A stretch of 64,000 nucleotides of DNA from a virus (taxonomy: Duplodnaviria > Caudoviricetes). Shown piece after piece: positions 44,269-55,474 of this stretch (positions are counted from its first letter, which is position 1; each line of letters opens with the position of its first letter). Where the stretch lies: the IMG/VR virus record IMGVR_UViG_3300001598_000051, positions 4,089 to 68,088 of that record, one strand, 5' to 3'. The position numbers and the translations under genes were made by a program. The notes under the pieces were generated by a model that saw only the letters and a program-made list of their open reading frames with translations, was not told the DNA's origin and made no database searches.

Positions 44269-45390
44269 ATGGGACAGCCTTGTAAACCAATTTTTGAGAT
44301 CGACAACGCAACCCTCGAGTTTGAGCTCGCCAACACTGAGCGTGGCAAGAACCACTACTGGCGTACACTCTTCCCACTCCAGGAGGTTGCACGTTTTACC
44401 GTTAAGACCATCGAGGGCAACGAGGGCCTGCCAGTAGCAGCTCGCCGTGTAGCATTCAATACCAAGAATCCTCTCTTCACCCGTAAGGAGCTCGGCAAGC
44501 GCGAGATCACTCTCGGCAAGTACGCAGCATCACGCGAGAAGGACGAGATCCAGATACAGGATTACCGTGACATGCTCGCCATCGCGCAGCAGACCAACGA
44601 CCCAGCAGCTGCTGCAGAGTGTGTCAACATTGCATACGACGATGTCCGCTTCTGTGAGGCTGCCATCCCTGCCAAGATCGAGATGGACGCCATGGGCATC
44701 GCATCACGCGGCAAGCAGGTATTCAACGCTACCTACGATGGCGACATGGTAACCACCGATGAGATCGACTTCGGTGTTCCAGCAAGCAACTTCCGTGGCG
44801 CTACCGTCAAGTGGAGCGACGCAACCAACGCAGATGGTATCGCAGACATCGAGGCAGCAGCAGAGGCCGTAGCAGACGAAGGCAACGCAGCACCAAAGTA
44901 TGTCTTCATCGAGAAGAAGGCATTCAAGCAGCTCTGTGCGCAGAACAAGGTGATGCACAGGCTCTATCCAATGTACAAGCTCCTGGATATTCAGGCTGGC
45001 AAGATGGTCACCCTCAAGAGCATCAACGACTACATGGACGCACATGGTCTCCCACACATCCTTGTACTCGACAGCTGGGTAGGCTATGAGGACGCACAGG
45101 GCAACGTTACCAACGTCAAGCCTTGGAATCCTAACGTCATCACCCTTTCTCTTACTCCAAAGCTCGGTAAGACCTTCTTCAAGCGCAAGCATATCGAGGA
45201 TGCAGAGGATAAGATCGCCATCGAGCAGAATGGTGAGTTCTACAACATCACCATCGAGGGCGAACGTAACCCAGACAAGGTTACTACTTCTGCCGAGGCA
45301 TACGCACAGGTAGCACTCACCAACCGTCGCAGCCTGGTATTCATCAACACCGACAATACCAGCTGGGCAGACGGTGTATCGGCATCCTAA
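44269..45390 (+). CDS. Major capsid protein (gpE-like)
   Basis: 373 aa, position, strongly biased codon use, WRTLFP...TDEIDFGVP motifs. Confidence 0.8.
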   Translation: MGQPCKPIFEIDNATLEFELANTERGKNHYWRTLFPLQEVARFTVKTIEGNEGLPVAARRVAFNTKNPLFTRKELGKREITLGKYAASREKDEIQIQDYRDMLAIAQQTNDPAAAAECVNIAYDDVRFCEAAIPAKIEMDAMGIASRGKQVFNATYDGDMVTTDEIDFGVPASNFRGATVKWSDATNADGIADIEAAAEAVADEGNAAPKYVFIEKKAFKQLCAQNKVMHRLYPMYKLLDIQAGKMVTLKSINDYMDAHGLPHILVLDSWVGYEDAQGNVTNVKPWNPNVITLSLTPKLGKTFFKRKHIEDAEDKIAIEQNGEFYNITIEGERNPDKVTTSAEAYAQVALTNRRSLVFINTDNTSWADGVSAS

Positions 45391-45403
45391 CTAAAACAAC
45401 GCT

Positions 45404-45733
45404 ATGAAAGTAATTGAGGCCCTACGGGCGATCTCGTTATATCCAATCAATCCCAGGACAGCCGAGCTGATCGCAGCAGAGAGCGGACTGAACGCGCAGG
45501 AAGAGGCAACTGAAAGCATCCTGCGCGGAAAGGCTTACAAGAAAGCCAAGGCGAAGGTGTATCAGTACCTCGCCGAGGCTCCTGCGGTCAACGAGGGTGG
45601 AGCAACATACAGCTTCACGGACGAGGAACGTAAGGCATTCCGTGCGAAAGCAAATGCACTCCTCGAGGAAGCAGAAGCGGAAGAAGATGACGGTACCACC
45701 ATCGAGGTGGGATGGATCGGGGACGAACTCTAA
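45404..45733 (+). CDS. Head-tail adaptor-like protein
   Basis: 109 aa after MCP; PAVNEGGATYSF motif. Confidence 0.55.
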   Translation: MKVIEALRAISLYPINPRTAELIAAESGLNAQEEATESILRGKAYKKAKAKVYQYLAEAPAVNEGGATYSFTDEERKAFRAKANALLEEAEAEEDDGTTIEVGWIGDEL

Positions 45734-45745
45734 ACAACAAGCACA

Positions 45746-46063
45746 ATGATCTACGGAAACGATCTGCTACAGCGCAAGACAGAGGCGCAGGCCACAAGGC
45801 TTGAGAACGGGGACTGGATAGAGGGAGAGAGCTCCTGGGGAGCACCTATCCAATGCGATGCGTTCCCGTCTACAGGTAAGGCCGCACCCGTCAATTTTCC
45901 AGACGGACACAACGATGTCTACGCATACGAGATACATCTGGACATAGCAGAGGACCCATTCGAGGTTGGAGACCAGGTGAGGATCAACGTCAAAGGCCAT
46001 TGTGCAGAGTACACAGTCAAAGGATACCACCGATACTCTTACAACGCTAAATTATGGGTATGA
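45746..46063 (+). CDS. Head closure-like protein
   Basis: 105 aa, beta-rich, neck-region position. Confidence 0.5.
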   Translation: MIYGNDLLQRKTEAQATRLENGDWIEGESSWGAPIQCDAFPSTGKAAPVNFPDGHNDVYAYEIHLDIAEDPFEVGDQVRINVKGHCAEYTVKGYHRYSYNAKLWV

Positions 46064-46521
46064 CACCGGAACAGCAGGTCCAGGCGATATTCACCACGAT
46101 GGCGAATGTCCTCGCAGAAAACATGCGGCTGGAACTGAGCTATCTCGGCCAGGAATGTGTCAACAAGGCACGCGACCGAGGCGCGAACGATTCATGGATG
46201 GACAGGACAGGCAATCTCCGATCATCCGTAGGCTTTGCGTTTTACCAGGAAGGCGAAAAGATCATAGAGTCGGCCTTCAACCAGGTAGGCACTGATCCGA
46301 CAGGCTCCAAAACGGGTAAAAAGTTCGTAGAGGATCTCGCCAGGGAACTCTCTTCTACATACGCACTGGTGATAGTCGCAGGAATGGACTACGCAGAGTA
46401 TGTCGAGACGAAAAGAGACGTACTGGCATCCACAGAGCTCTACGCAAGGACGAAGATAAACGAGACCGTCCAAAGGGCAGTCAATTCTACCATAGCAAAA
46501 CTTAACAACATGTTCCAATGA
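46054..46521 (+). CDS. HK97 gp10-like neck protein
   Basis: DRTGNLRSSVG and AGMDYAEYVE motifs. Confidence 0.75.
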   Translation: MGMTPEQQVQAIFTTMANVLAENMRLELSYLGQECVNKARDRGANDSWMDRTGNLRSSVGFAFYQEGEKIIESAFNQVGTDPTGSKTGKKFVEDLARELSSTYALVIVAGMDYAEYVETKRDVLASTELYARTKINETVQRAVNSTIAKLNNMFQ

Positions 46522-46919
46522 AAAGCGAAATCGAGATCGCAGATGATGTCTATGAGCACATCCGGGACAGCGGACTGATGAGCAACCTCACAGGATCGCT
46601 CGAGAAGAACGGGAAACGACCGAAGGACTCGACGAAGGAAGACGTGATCATCAGCATCGAGGCGAACGACAATGACAAAGATATACAGATGGTCTTCATC
46701 AACGTCAATATCTACATCGCAGACATCCGGGAAGGTAGCCAGTATGTGCGAAACGACCCTCGTCTGCGCGTCATCTGCAGAAAGGCCATGGAAGCGATGA
46801 AGGTAGGCGGCATCGGTAAAGACTTCACCTTCGATCTCGAGAATCAGCGCGTTGTACCAGAAGAGACCAACGAGCACAGGATTTGGAACAGACTATTATA
46901 TAAACAAATAATCGATTAG
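46518..46919 (+). CDS. Tail terminator-like protein
   Basis: 133 aa before the tail tube gene. Confidence 0.5.
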   Translation: MKSEIEIADDVYEHIRDSGLMSNLTGSLEKNGKRPKDSTKEDVIISIEANDNDKDIQMVFINVNIYIADIREGSQYVRNDPRLRVICRKAMEAMKVGGIGKDFTFDLENQRVVPEETNEHRIWNRLLYKQIID

Positions 46920-46922
46920 TAT

Positions 46923-47459
46923 ATGGCACAGATTGGATGGGGCAAACCCAAGATCGTATTTGGCAAGATCGGCGAAGGCAACAGCTGGTCTAAGATGCAG
47001 AACCCAGTACAGAACTCTACATCCCTGAGCACCGAGAAGGGCAGCAAGAGCGAGGCTCTCTGCGAAGGCGGTGAGGTCGAGGACGTAAAGTACGACAAGA
47101 ACAAGTACTCACTCCAGATGACCATCCGTGTGAAGAAGGGAGGTACACAGCCTATCGAGCATGCAGACGGTGTGGTCAACGACGAGTACATGGTAGCACT
47201 TCAGCCAGAGGATGCAGCCGTTCCAGGCGTAGTCATTCAGAAGGCTCACGTATCTGTAGAGGACGCATGGGGTACCGAGGACGGTACAACCTTCATCTAC
47301 ACCTTCGACGCACTTACTCCTGCTGACGAAACCAACAAGGTAAAGCATGGCGTCGTAGCATTCACCGAAAGCGAGGGAGCAATCACGGCAGTCAAGATCA
47401 CAGAGATCGGCGGTTCAACTGCTAAGACCCTCACCCTTGCAAGCGGCACACTTGTGTAA
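46923..47459 (+). CDS. Major tail tube protein
   Basis: 178 aa, GWGKPKI N-terminus, position. Confidence 0.65.
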   Translation: MAQIGWGKPKIVFGKIGEGNSWSKMQNPVQNSTSLSTEKGSKSEALCEGGEVEDVKYDKNKYSLQMTIRVKKGGTQPIEHADGVVNDEYMVALQPEDAAVPGVVIQKAHVSVEDAWGTEDGTTFIYTFDALTPADETNKVKHGVVAFTESEGAITAVKITEIGGSTAKTLTLASGTLV

Positions 47460-47471
47460 TACGCATGCAGC

Positions 47472-48185
47472 ATGGCACAGCCAAGCTACATAAACATGGA
47501 TATCGCGGATGCCATCATCGAGAGGCCACAGCCATTCGAAGTGGATGGCATCCGCTTTTTTTTGTACCCTCCTACGCTTGGGCATACCATTATCATAGAA
47601 CGCCATGTGAGCGCTCTTAACATTAATATGGAAGAATTGCGCACAGATCCGTACAAAACCGCACTACGGGCCTGTATTAAGCAACCAGGGCAGGTGTCTA
47701 GGATTGTTGTGCTTCATACATGCAGGACAAAGAAGGAAATCTTTGATGACGAACTTATAGAGAAGCGTCTGGAACACTTCAAGGACGTAGAAGCAGAGGA
47801 CCTGGCTCCGCTGCTACTGATTATCCTTACAAGATATACGACGGAAGGGTTTATCAAACACCTGAGACTGGATAAGGAGCGACAGGACAAGGAAAGGGTA
47901 CGAAGATGCAAGAAAAGCAAGGGATCATACACATTTGGTGGTAAATCACTCTACGGAACGGTCATTGACTACGCTTGCGAGCGATACGGGTGGACGATGA
48001 ACTACGTAGTATGGGGAATAAGCTACCAGAACCTGCAGATGCTCATGGAAGACGCAGTACAGAGTATCTACCTCACTGAAGAAGAACAGAAGGGATGCCA
48101 TGTACAGAAGAACGATGATGGCGAGCGCATCAGCGGTGATGACATAAACAGCGTAGAAAGACTCGCACAATTATTAAACGGATAA
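47472..48185 (+). CDS. Tail assembly chaperone-like protein
   Basis: Between tube and tape measure; FLYPPTLG, ACERYGWTMNYVVWGISY. Confidence 0.6.
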   Translation: MAQPSYINMDIADAIIERPQPFEVDGIRFFLYPPTLGHTIIIERHVSALNINMEELRTDPYKTALRACIKQPGQVSRIVVLHTCRTKKEIFDDELIEKRLEHFKDVEAEDLAPLLLIILTRYTTEGFIKHLRLDKERQDKERVRRCKKSKGSYTFGGKSLYGTVIDYACERYGWTMNYVVWGISYQNLQMLMEDAVQSIYLTEEEQKGCHVQKNDDGERISGDDINSVERLAQLLNG

Positions 48186-48205
48186 AAAAATTCCAAAAAA
48201 CAACC

Positions 48206-51200
48206 ATGGCAGGAATAAAAATACCGATCAGCATCGACAACGCAAACTTCACCGCAGCAGCGCAACAGGCACAGAATGCCGTGAAGAGCGTATCGGGCGA
48301 AGTTCGAGGATTGGAGAAGGATACACAGAACGCTACGGACAGCATGAAGGAAATGATCAAGCAGGCCGCAGCGTTTGGTGGTCTGTCCATCGGACTAGCA
48401 GGAGCAAAGGAATTCATCTCGAATATCGTAGATGTACGACGAGAGATGCAGGGATATCAGACCTCACTTGAGGTTTTGCTCAAGGACCAGGGCAAGGCCA
48501 ATGCGATGTTTAACGAACTCAAAGACTTCGCGGTCACGACACCACTCATGTTCAAGGATCTTGCAGCAGGCGCACAGACAATGCTCGGATTCAACATCGA
48601 AGCAGAGAAGGTGGTCCCTACGCTTAAGGCAATCGGTGATATCTCAATGGGAGATGCTGGAAGGTTCCAGTCTCTGACTTTGGCCTTTTCTCAGATGAGC
48701 GCCACCGGAAAACTTATGGGACAAGATCTCCTGCAGATGATCAACGCAGGATTCAATCCGCTGATGGAGATCAGCCGAAAGACCGGAAAGAGTATCTCGG
48801 AGCTGAAGGACGAGATGAGCGCAGGATCAATCAGCGCTACCATGGTGGCCGACGCCTTTATGTCAGCGACACAGGAAGGCGGTCAGTTCTACGGCATGCT
48901 CGAGAAGCAGGGACAGACACTGGCAGGCAAGCTCAATACGCTGAATGGTGCTATTGACGATATGTTTAATAACCTGGGAGAAAAGAGCGAAGGCGTAATC
49001 AATGCAGCCGTTGAAGGTGCTACCGACCTGATCAAGAACTACGAGAAAGTAGGACAGGCGGTCATGGATCTCACCGTAGCCTACGGATCTTACAAAGCAG
49101 CAATCGCCACGGTATCTGCTATCCAGGGCGTTAAGAACACCGCATCGATCAGCGAGATGCAGGCAGAGATAGAAGCATACAGAGCCAAGAACACGGTACA
49201 GGTAGATAGCACCGCAGAGACAATCAAGGAAGCAGCAGCAAAAGCAAACCTGGACGCAGTAACAACGGCAAAGGTAGAGACCATGTATGCAGAGATCCAG
49301 GCACAGGACGAGCTATATGCATCACAGCTGAAGGCACAGGTAGCATCCGGATCTATGACAGCGGCACAGGAGCAGGAGCTTCTGTCTATGCGAGCTTCAT
49401 CCTCGGAGAAACTGCTCATGTCGACCATTGACAAAGAAGCTGCAGCACAGGCACTCGCAACAGCAAATAGCAGAATGGAAGCTGCGCAGAAGGTCGTTCT
49501 AGGACTAGACGAAGAGTTTGAGATGTACGAGAAGCTGATGAACGAGAACGAGATGCTCGGAAATAGTGAACTCGCAAACTTCTATTCTGAGAAGCTGCAG
49601 GTAACCGTACAGCAGCAAAAGGCAGCTTCAACAGAGCTCGCAGCAGCAGCCAAGGCCAAGGAGACCGCACAGGAGAACTTCAACACTGTAGCCACCAACG
49701 CAAATACAGCAGCCACACAGCGCCAGAACCTGGCACAGATCGCAAGTATCAAGTCTATGGGTCTCATGCAGGCTGCAGGCATACAGCTGCGTAATATCAT
49801 GCTCTCTCTCAACGCGGCTATCGACGCCAACCCGCTTGTCATACTGGCCGCAGCCGTAGCTGCTGCAGGTTTCGCCATCTACAAGGGCATGGACTATATG
49901 GGTGCATTCAGCGAGAAGCTGATGGACGCACAGGACATCTCTGAGAAGCTGACAGAGAGCCAAAACAAACTCAAGGAAGCGCACGAAGAACAGCGCAAAG
50001 AAGTGGAGCGTCTGCTTGGCGTACTTCATGACGAATCATCGACAGAGGGAGAACGTATACTCGCCTACAACGAACTGAAGGAAAAATGTGCATCACTCAC
50101 AAACCAGTACAGCATTGAAGAGCTCGCTGTGCTGAACCTGGCAAAGGCATATAAAGTGCTTAAGCAGGAACAGGAGGCACAGAGCACACAGCAGATGATC
50201 GATGATACCAACCGCATGATACGCGTGCTTAACGACCTCAATCGAGTAAAGCGTGGCATGCAGAAGAACGGAAGCGCTGAGACCCAGGAATTTCTCAAGG
50301 AGCAGGGTCTGTCCGGACAGAGCGTAGACCAAATTACTAAAGCACTCAAGGCACAGATCGAGAAGAACAAGGCGATCGTGACGCCATTGATCGACCAGGC
50401 AAAGAAGAACAAGGATAAGAGCCAGATCCCATACAAGGAGATGGCAGAGCTTATCAAAGGAGACTGGAATGAGGCAAAGAGAGCTCTCGAAGTTCTGCTG
50501 AAGACACAGGGAGCAACCAAGGAACAGATCGACAAGGCGAAGGCACAGGTGGAGGCATACGCCCAGGAATACAAGTCATGGACAGGAGAAGAGATCGACA
50601 AGAAATCATCAAAGAACTCGAACAACGCAGCCAAGCAGGCACTCGAGGATCAACAGAAGCTCTCGGATCTTCGCAAGGAATATGCCAAGCAGGCACAGCG
50701 AGAGGCAGAGGATCTCGAGAACAATACCATACAGGCGCAGATTAACGCCATGAGTGAGGGCGCTGACAGGGTACTCGCACAGCTAGACCTTAACTATAAG
50801 AAGGAACTCCAGGAGATCAAGCGAGAGAAGGAGGACCTTCTGGCCGCACGCGAAGAGTCTGCACGCAAGCAATGGGAGGCTGAGAACGCAAAGAGCATAC
50901 GTGAAGGAAAGATCTCATGGGATACGAGCGAATACAAGAAGCAATTCGAGTCCACGAACAAGCTCACGCCGGAAGACACAAAATACTTCGAAGAACGTGA
51001 AAAGGTTGCTACAAAAGCATTCGAGAAGGGCGTAGCGGATCGTCATGCAATCGACGAGCAGTCGCGTCGAGACTATCTAAAGGCATACGGAACGCTTGAG
51101 CAGAAAAAAGCAGCGATGACAGAGGAATACACAGAGAAAATACGAAAGGCACAGGAAGAGGGTAACGAATGGCTTGCTAAGGATCTGCAGCAGCAGCTCG

Positions 51201-54200
51201 CCAATGCGCTCAACGACATGGATATGGACGCATTCAAGCTGGATATTAACTGGGAGGCCGTATTCGGTGATCTGTCTAAGTACACCAAGTCTCAGCTCAA
51301 GACTATCAAGTCGCAACTCGAGAATTATAAGCTCAGCGATAACTATGTTAAGGGTACAGAAGAAAACAAAAAAGTAATCGACGAGGCGATCAATAATGTC
51401 CAGCAGAATATCATAGACTCAAGCGGAATATTTGGAGGTCTTGGATATGCGTTACAGGAACTTGCGACAGCACAGAGAGAGCTCGCAGCCGCAGAAATAG
51501 AACTCGAAAACGCGACAACAGACACCGAGAAGGAAGCAGCAAAGAAAAAAAAGAATAAAGCGCAGCAGAAAGTTGATAATGCAGAAGCAGATCTAGAATC
51601 CGCTTCTGAGAATACCGTAAATTATATTCAGAACATGGCGAACACAATCACCAACCTCGGAACAGCTTCCGAATTAAGCCTTTCTGATTTGGGTAGCCTT
51701 GCTTCTACGATTGCAGGCGCATTCGGAGATGCCGGAAAGAAAGCTGGTGGTTGGATTGCTGCTATCTTTGATATTTGCGAAATGGTCGCTAAAGATGGAT
51801 TAGTCGGACTTTTGAAGAACGTAAGCGGTCTGCTTGTAGAAGTTGTTGGTGGACTTTTCGGCGTCGATTTCTATGAAGGAGAGAGAGAATATCAAAAGCA
51901 GAAAAAGCTCAACGATAACTATATCAGTTTGCTTGACGAGATTATAACGGAGCAGCAAAAACTGATGGAGAGACAAGGAGCTCTTGAAGCACAGAATACT
52001 GCAACTCTGATTAAAGAAGACTACGAAGAAATCAAGAAACGACAGCAGCAAAATCTGTACAACTGGTTTGGAGCCGGAGCAAGTGGAACATCTCATTCTA
52101 ATGGATATAATGCATACCAGGATCTATTCAGCAAAATCAACTGGTTCTCTAATGATTGGGATAATTTCGATTCGCCAGCATGGGATGATGTTAAATATTA
52201 CATGAAAGTCTTTGGATATGATAATTGGATGCAAATAGACCAAAGATTGAGTGAGATCGGTACAGCATCGCTTGACCAGCTTAAACAACTCAAGAGCAAC
52301 ACGGAATTTTTTGCAAGTCTTCCGGACGAAGTACAAGAATATATCAACAAGATAATCGAGGCAGACGAAGCTATTGGAGAAATGAATGAACAGCTTATAG
52401 AAACATCTACTGCTGTATCATTCGACTCTTTGCACGACTCATTCGTAGATAGCATTATGGACATGGATAAGACAGCAGAGGAATTTGCTGAAGATTTCTC
52501 CAAGTACATGATGAAAGCAGCTACAGAATCTTTTGTTAAAGACGAAATTGATGCGCAGCTTAAAGCATGGCAGGAAGACTGGCAAAAACGAATGGCTGAT
52601 GAAGATGGGCTTACAGAAGCTGATATAAACGCGCTGAGGGAGGAATATAATCGAATCATTGCTCAGGGAGAGGCGAAGAGAGAAGAACTTGCAAAAATTA
52701 CTGGTTATGGAGATACTGGAAGCACAGCCAATATTGACTCTTTCGATAACGTAAAGAGCGCATTTATGGACCTTGTTTCTGATATGGATTCAACGGCCCA
52801 GGACTTTTCAGATAAGTTCAGCGAGCTCATGTATTCTGCTCTTGTCAACAACCAGCTTAACGATACTTACAAGGGGCAGATCGAGGACTGGTATAAATCG
52901 TACAAGGAAGCGGTAAGCAGCGGAAATCTTAACGAAGATACAATAGCCAAGCTGAAGAGTGACTACAACAGCCTGGTGGAAAGCATGCAGAAGGACGCCA
53001 AGGAACTCGCAGAACTCGCAGGTAAGACTATTGTCACGACCAATCCTGTAGAATTCGACGACGTAAAGAGCTCTTTCCTTAGCTTAATATCTGATATGGA
53101 CTCTACGTCTCAGGACTTCGCTGATACGTTTGTCAGCCACTTCAACGAGGCGATGCTTCAGATGAGAATAGAAGAGAGCATCAAGGGAGACCTGGAAGAA
53201 TGGTACAAGGAATTTTCTGCAATGGTAGAATCCGGAGCAATGCTTAGCCAGGAAGAGGTTGACAATCTGCGTGCAAGGTATGTCGAGCTCGGAGAGAACG
53301 CTAAGGAGACAGCGCAGGTCATCCTGCAGGTGACCGGAGAGTGGGAGAAGACGATGAAGGAGAAGGTTGTCGGTGTCTCTTTCGACTCTATGAAGGAGAA
53401 CTTCAAGAAGGCCATGATGGATATGAAGAAGACATCAGAGGACTTCTCTAAAGACCTCAAGCAGACCATCTACGAAGCGATGTCAGAGAAGATGTTCGAC
53501 GACACCTACTCCACACAGCTCGAAGTATTATACAACAGCCTGTACGAAGCGCTGAGCAACGGTAAGGACGAAGCAGGAAGAACGGTAGATGAGATACTGG
53601 CAAAGATAGAGGAACTCTACAAGGAGAGCAACGATGCAAGCATGAAAATCGCCAAGGACCTCGGTGCGAATATGAACGACCTTAAGTCAGCGATCACAGG
53701 CATTGACTTCACGGAGCTCACCAACGGGTTCTCGAGCGTCATAGGAGACATGACACTCACGGCTGAAGACTTCGCAGACGACTTCTCGAAGATGATGTTC
53801 AACGCCATCATGAAGGCGCAGCTCGCCAACGTCTGGGAAGCACAGCTCCAGGAGGTATATAACGACATGTACGACTGGTTCAGCAAGCCAGTGGAGGAAC
53901 GAAGCCAGGAAGACTACGACGCCATCAAGCAGAACTACATCGGAATCATGACCGAGATCCAGAACTTCGGAACGCAGGTCGAGAATACGATAGGATACCA
54001 GACGAGTGCGCAGAAGAGTGCAGCAGAGGAAGCGGCTGAAGAGGCTAGACAAGCGGCTGAAGAGGCAGCAGAAAAAGCTAGACAGGAATGGGAGGAAAGG
54101 TTTGAATCTATCAAGTCTTCATTTACAAGCACACTGTCAAGCATGGACAGGGACGTCGATGCATTCAAGAAGGGCCTCCAGAAGGTGACGATGGAGAAGC

Positions 54201-55036
54201 TCGTAGATAAAGTCTATGAAGAGAAGTTCAATGCGCAGCTCGAATCGTGGTACAACAAATACGAATCATGGATCAACAAGGGAGGCGATGCTACATCCAA
54301 TGAGTTCAAGCAACTCATGGCAGAATACGAGGACCTTGGAGATAAGGCAGCAGAAACATACGACGCGCTTGTCAATGCCTTGGGAATCGAGAGCCTGGAC
54401 AACTACGAGAAGACAACAAACAAGACATTTGACAACATCAAAAGCAGCTTCTCGAGCCTTCTGTCGGATATGAGCAATGACGCGCAGGATTTCTCTACGA
54501 ACTTCACTACGATGCTTCAGGAGGCGCTCATGAACGCACAGATGCAGGATCTGCTAGATGACGAGCTCAAGACCTGGTACAAGCAGTTTGGGGAGGTCAT
54601 GAACGACGGTCAGCTCACAGATACTGAGATCGCAGACCTGAGAGCCGCATACAACAACATCGTAGAAGACGCGCTCGACAGACGAGAAGCCATCGCCAAG
54701 ATCACAGGATATGACAAGCTGAGCGCGACATCACAGAGCGGAGGATCGTCTGCATTCTCAGGCATGAGCCAGGAGACAGCCGGAGAGCTCAATGGTCGAT
54801 TTACGGCACTTCAGGTGGCAGGAGAAAGCATGGCAGCATCTATGATAGAATACCTCACGCAGATGCGGTCACTATGCGAGGTGAGCATCGAGCAGAACCA
54901 GGCTGTACAGGAGATCAGAAACATGATGGTACACACCAACTCCTACCTGGAAGATATCGTCAAGTACGCAAAGCAATGCAACGAGACGCTATCGCAGAAA
55001 CTCGGAACCATTTCGTCGAACACTAAAAATTTATAA
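48206..55036 (+). CDS. Tape measure protein
   Basis: 2276 aa helical; N-terminal tape-measure motif (FAVTTPL...LKAIGDISMG...DLLQMINAG); seven C-terminal repeats. Confidence 0.92.
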   Translation: MAGIKIPISIDNANFTAAAQQAQNAVKSVSGEVRGLEKDTQNATDSMKEMIKQAAAFGGLSIGLAGAKEFISNIVDVRREMQGYQTSLEVLLKDQGKANAMFNELKDFAVTTPLMFKDLAAGAQTMLGFNIEAEKVVPTLKAIGDISMGDAGRFQSLTLAFSQMSATGKLMGQDLLQMINAGFNPLMEISRKTGKSISELKDEMSAGSISATMVADAFMSATQEGGQFYGMLEKQGQTLAGKLNTLNGAIDDMFNNLGEKSEGVINAAVEGATDLIKNYEKVGQAVMDLTVAYGSYKAAIATVSAIQGVKNTASISEMQAEIEAYRAKNTVQVDSTAETIKEAAAKANLDAVTTAKVETMYAEIQAQDELYASQLKAQVASGSMTAAQEQELLSMRASSSEKLLMSTIDKEAAAQALATANSRMEAAQKVVLGLDEEFEMYEKLMNENEMLGNSELANFYSEKLQVTVQQQKAASTELAAAAKAKETAQENFNTVATNANTAATQRQNLAQIASIKSMGLMQAAGIQLRNIMLSLNAAIDANPLVILAAAVAAAGFAIYKGMDYMGAFSEKLMDAQDISEKLTESQNKLKEAHEEQRKEVERLLGVLHDESSTEGERILAYNELKEKCASLTNQYSIEELAVLNLAKAYKVLKQEQEAQSTQQMIDDTNRMIRVLNDLNRVKRGMQKNGSAETQEFLKEQGLSGQSVDQITKALKAQIEKNKAIVTPLIDQAKKNKDKSQIPYKEMAELIKGDWNEAKRALEVLLKTQGATKEQIDKAKAQVEAYAQEYKSWTGEEIDKKSSKNSNNAAKQALEDQQKLSDLRKEYAKQAQREAEDLENNTIQAQINAMSEGADRVLAQLDLNYKKELQEIKREKEDLLAAREESARKQWEAENAKSIREGKISWDTSEYKKQFESTNKLTPEDTKYFEEREKVATKAFEKGVADRHAIDEQSRRDYLKAYGTLEQKKAAMTEEYTEKIRKAQEEGNEWLAKDLQQQLANALNDMDMDAFKLDINWEAVFGDLSKYTKSQLKTIKSQLENYKLSDNYVKGTEENKKVIDEAINNVQQNIIDSSGIFGGLGYALQELATAQRELAAAEIELENATTDTEKEAAKKKKNKAQQKVDNAEADLESASENTVNYIQNMANTITNLGTASELSLSDLGSLASTIAGAFGDAGKKAGGWIAAIFDICEMVAKDGLVGLLKNVSGLLVEVVGGLFGVDFYEGEREYQKQKKLNDNYISLLDEIITEQQKLMERQGALEAQNTATLIKEDYEEIKKRQQQNLYNWFGAGASGTSHSNGYNAYQDLFSKINWFSNDWDNFDSPAWDDVKYYMKVFGYDNWMQIDQRLSEIGTASLDQLKQLKSNTEFFASLPDEVQEYINKIIEADEAIGEMNEQLIETSTAVSFDSLHDSFVDSIMDMDKTAEEFAEDFSKYMMKAATESFVKDEIDAQLKAWQEDWQKRMADEDGLTEADINALREEYNRIIAQGEAKREELAKITGYGDTGSTANIDSFDNVKSAFMDLVSDMDSTAQDFSDKFSELMYSALVNNQLNDTYKGQIEDWYKSYKEAVSSGNLNEDTIAKLKSDYNSLVESMQKDAKELAELAGKTIVTTNPVEFDDVKSSFLSLISDMDSTSQDFADTFVSHFNEAMLQMRIEESIKGDLEEWYKEFSAMVESGAMLSQEEVDNLRARYVELGENAKETAQVILQVTGEWEKTMKEKVVGVSFDSMKENFKKAMMDMKKTSEDFSKDLKQTIYEAMSEKMFDDTYSTQLEVLYNSLYEALSNGKDEAGRTVDEILAKIEELYKESNDASMKIAKDLGANMNDLKSAITGIDFTELTNGFSSVIGDMTLTAEDFADDFSKMMFNAIMKAQLANVWEAQLQEVYNDMYDWFSKPVEERSQEDYDAIKQNYIGIMTEIQNFGTQVENTIGYQTSAQKSAAEEAAEEARQAAEEAAEKARQEWEERFESIKSSFTSTLSSMDRDVDAFKKGLQKVTMEKLVDKVYEEKFNAQLESWYNKYESWINKGGDATSNEFKQLMAEYEDLGDKAAETYDALVNALGIESLDNYEKTTNKTFDNIKSSFSSLLSDMSNDAQDFSTNFTTMLQEALMNAQMQDLLDDELKTWYKQFGEVMNDGQLTDTEIADLRAAYNNIVEDALDRREAIAKITGYDKLSATSQSGGSSAFSGMSQETAGELNGRFTALQVAGESMAASMIEYLTQMRSLCEVSIEQNQAVQEIRNMMVHTNSYLEDIVKYAKQCNETLSQKLGTISSNTKNL

Positions 55037-55039
55037 CCA

Positions 55040-55474
55040 ATGACAGGAGACCTCTACTTAAAACCACAGGGAGCCTCGGAATGGAAAGACGCATGGACAG
55101 AATACAGGGCCAATCTCGAGGATGGTTCTGTATTCGAGCTGCTCTCTCCGCAGCCGAAGAAAGAATACGTCGAGAGCAATATACGGAAGGTTCCAGGACG
55201 AATCATCCGCAACTACGAACAGAACGACATGCGAGACATCAACCTGGTGTTTCATATCTCAGCGAGCAGCAGATCTTCGAGCTATACGCTATATGACAAG
55301 TTTGCGAGAGAGATCCTTGCGCCCGGAAAGTTCGAACTCAAGACGAGGCATACGAACTACCAGTACACGCTCATATACCGGAGCTGCACACCGATCTCAT
55401 CGACCAACGGACTTATCAAGTTCTCGCTTAAGCTGGTAGATAATTGTTCACGAACTAACACAACAACGACATAA
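55040..55474 (+). CDS. Distal tail (Dit-like) protein
   Basis: 144 aa directly after TMP. Confidence 0.55.
   Translation: MTGDLYLKPQGASEWKDAWTEYRANLEDGSVFELLSPQPKKEYVESNIRKVPGRIIRNYEQNDMRDINLVFHISASSRSSSYTLYDKFAREILAPGKFELKTRHTNYQYTLIYRSCTPISSTNGLIKFSLKLVDNCSRTNTTTT

Noticed and set aside
47536-47543. T8 run in the tail chaperone gene as a programmed frameshift site
   Set aside because: The ORF continues in frame for about 215 more codons to just before the TMP, leaving no second frame to join
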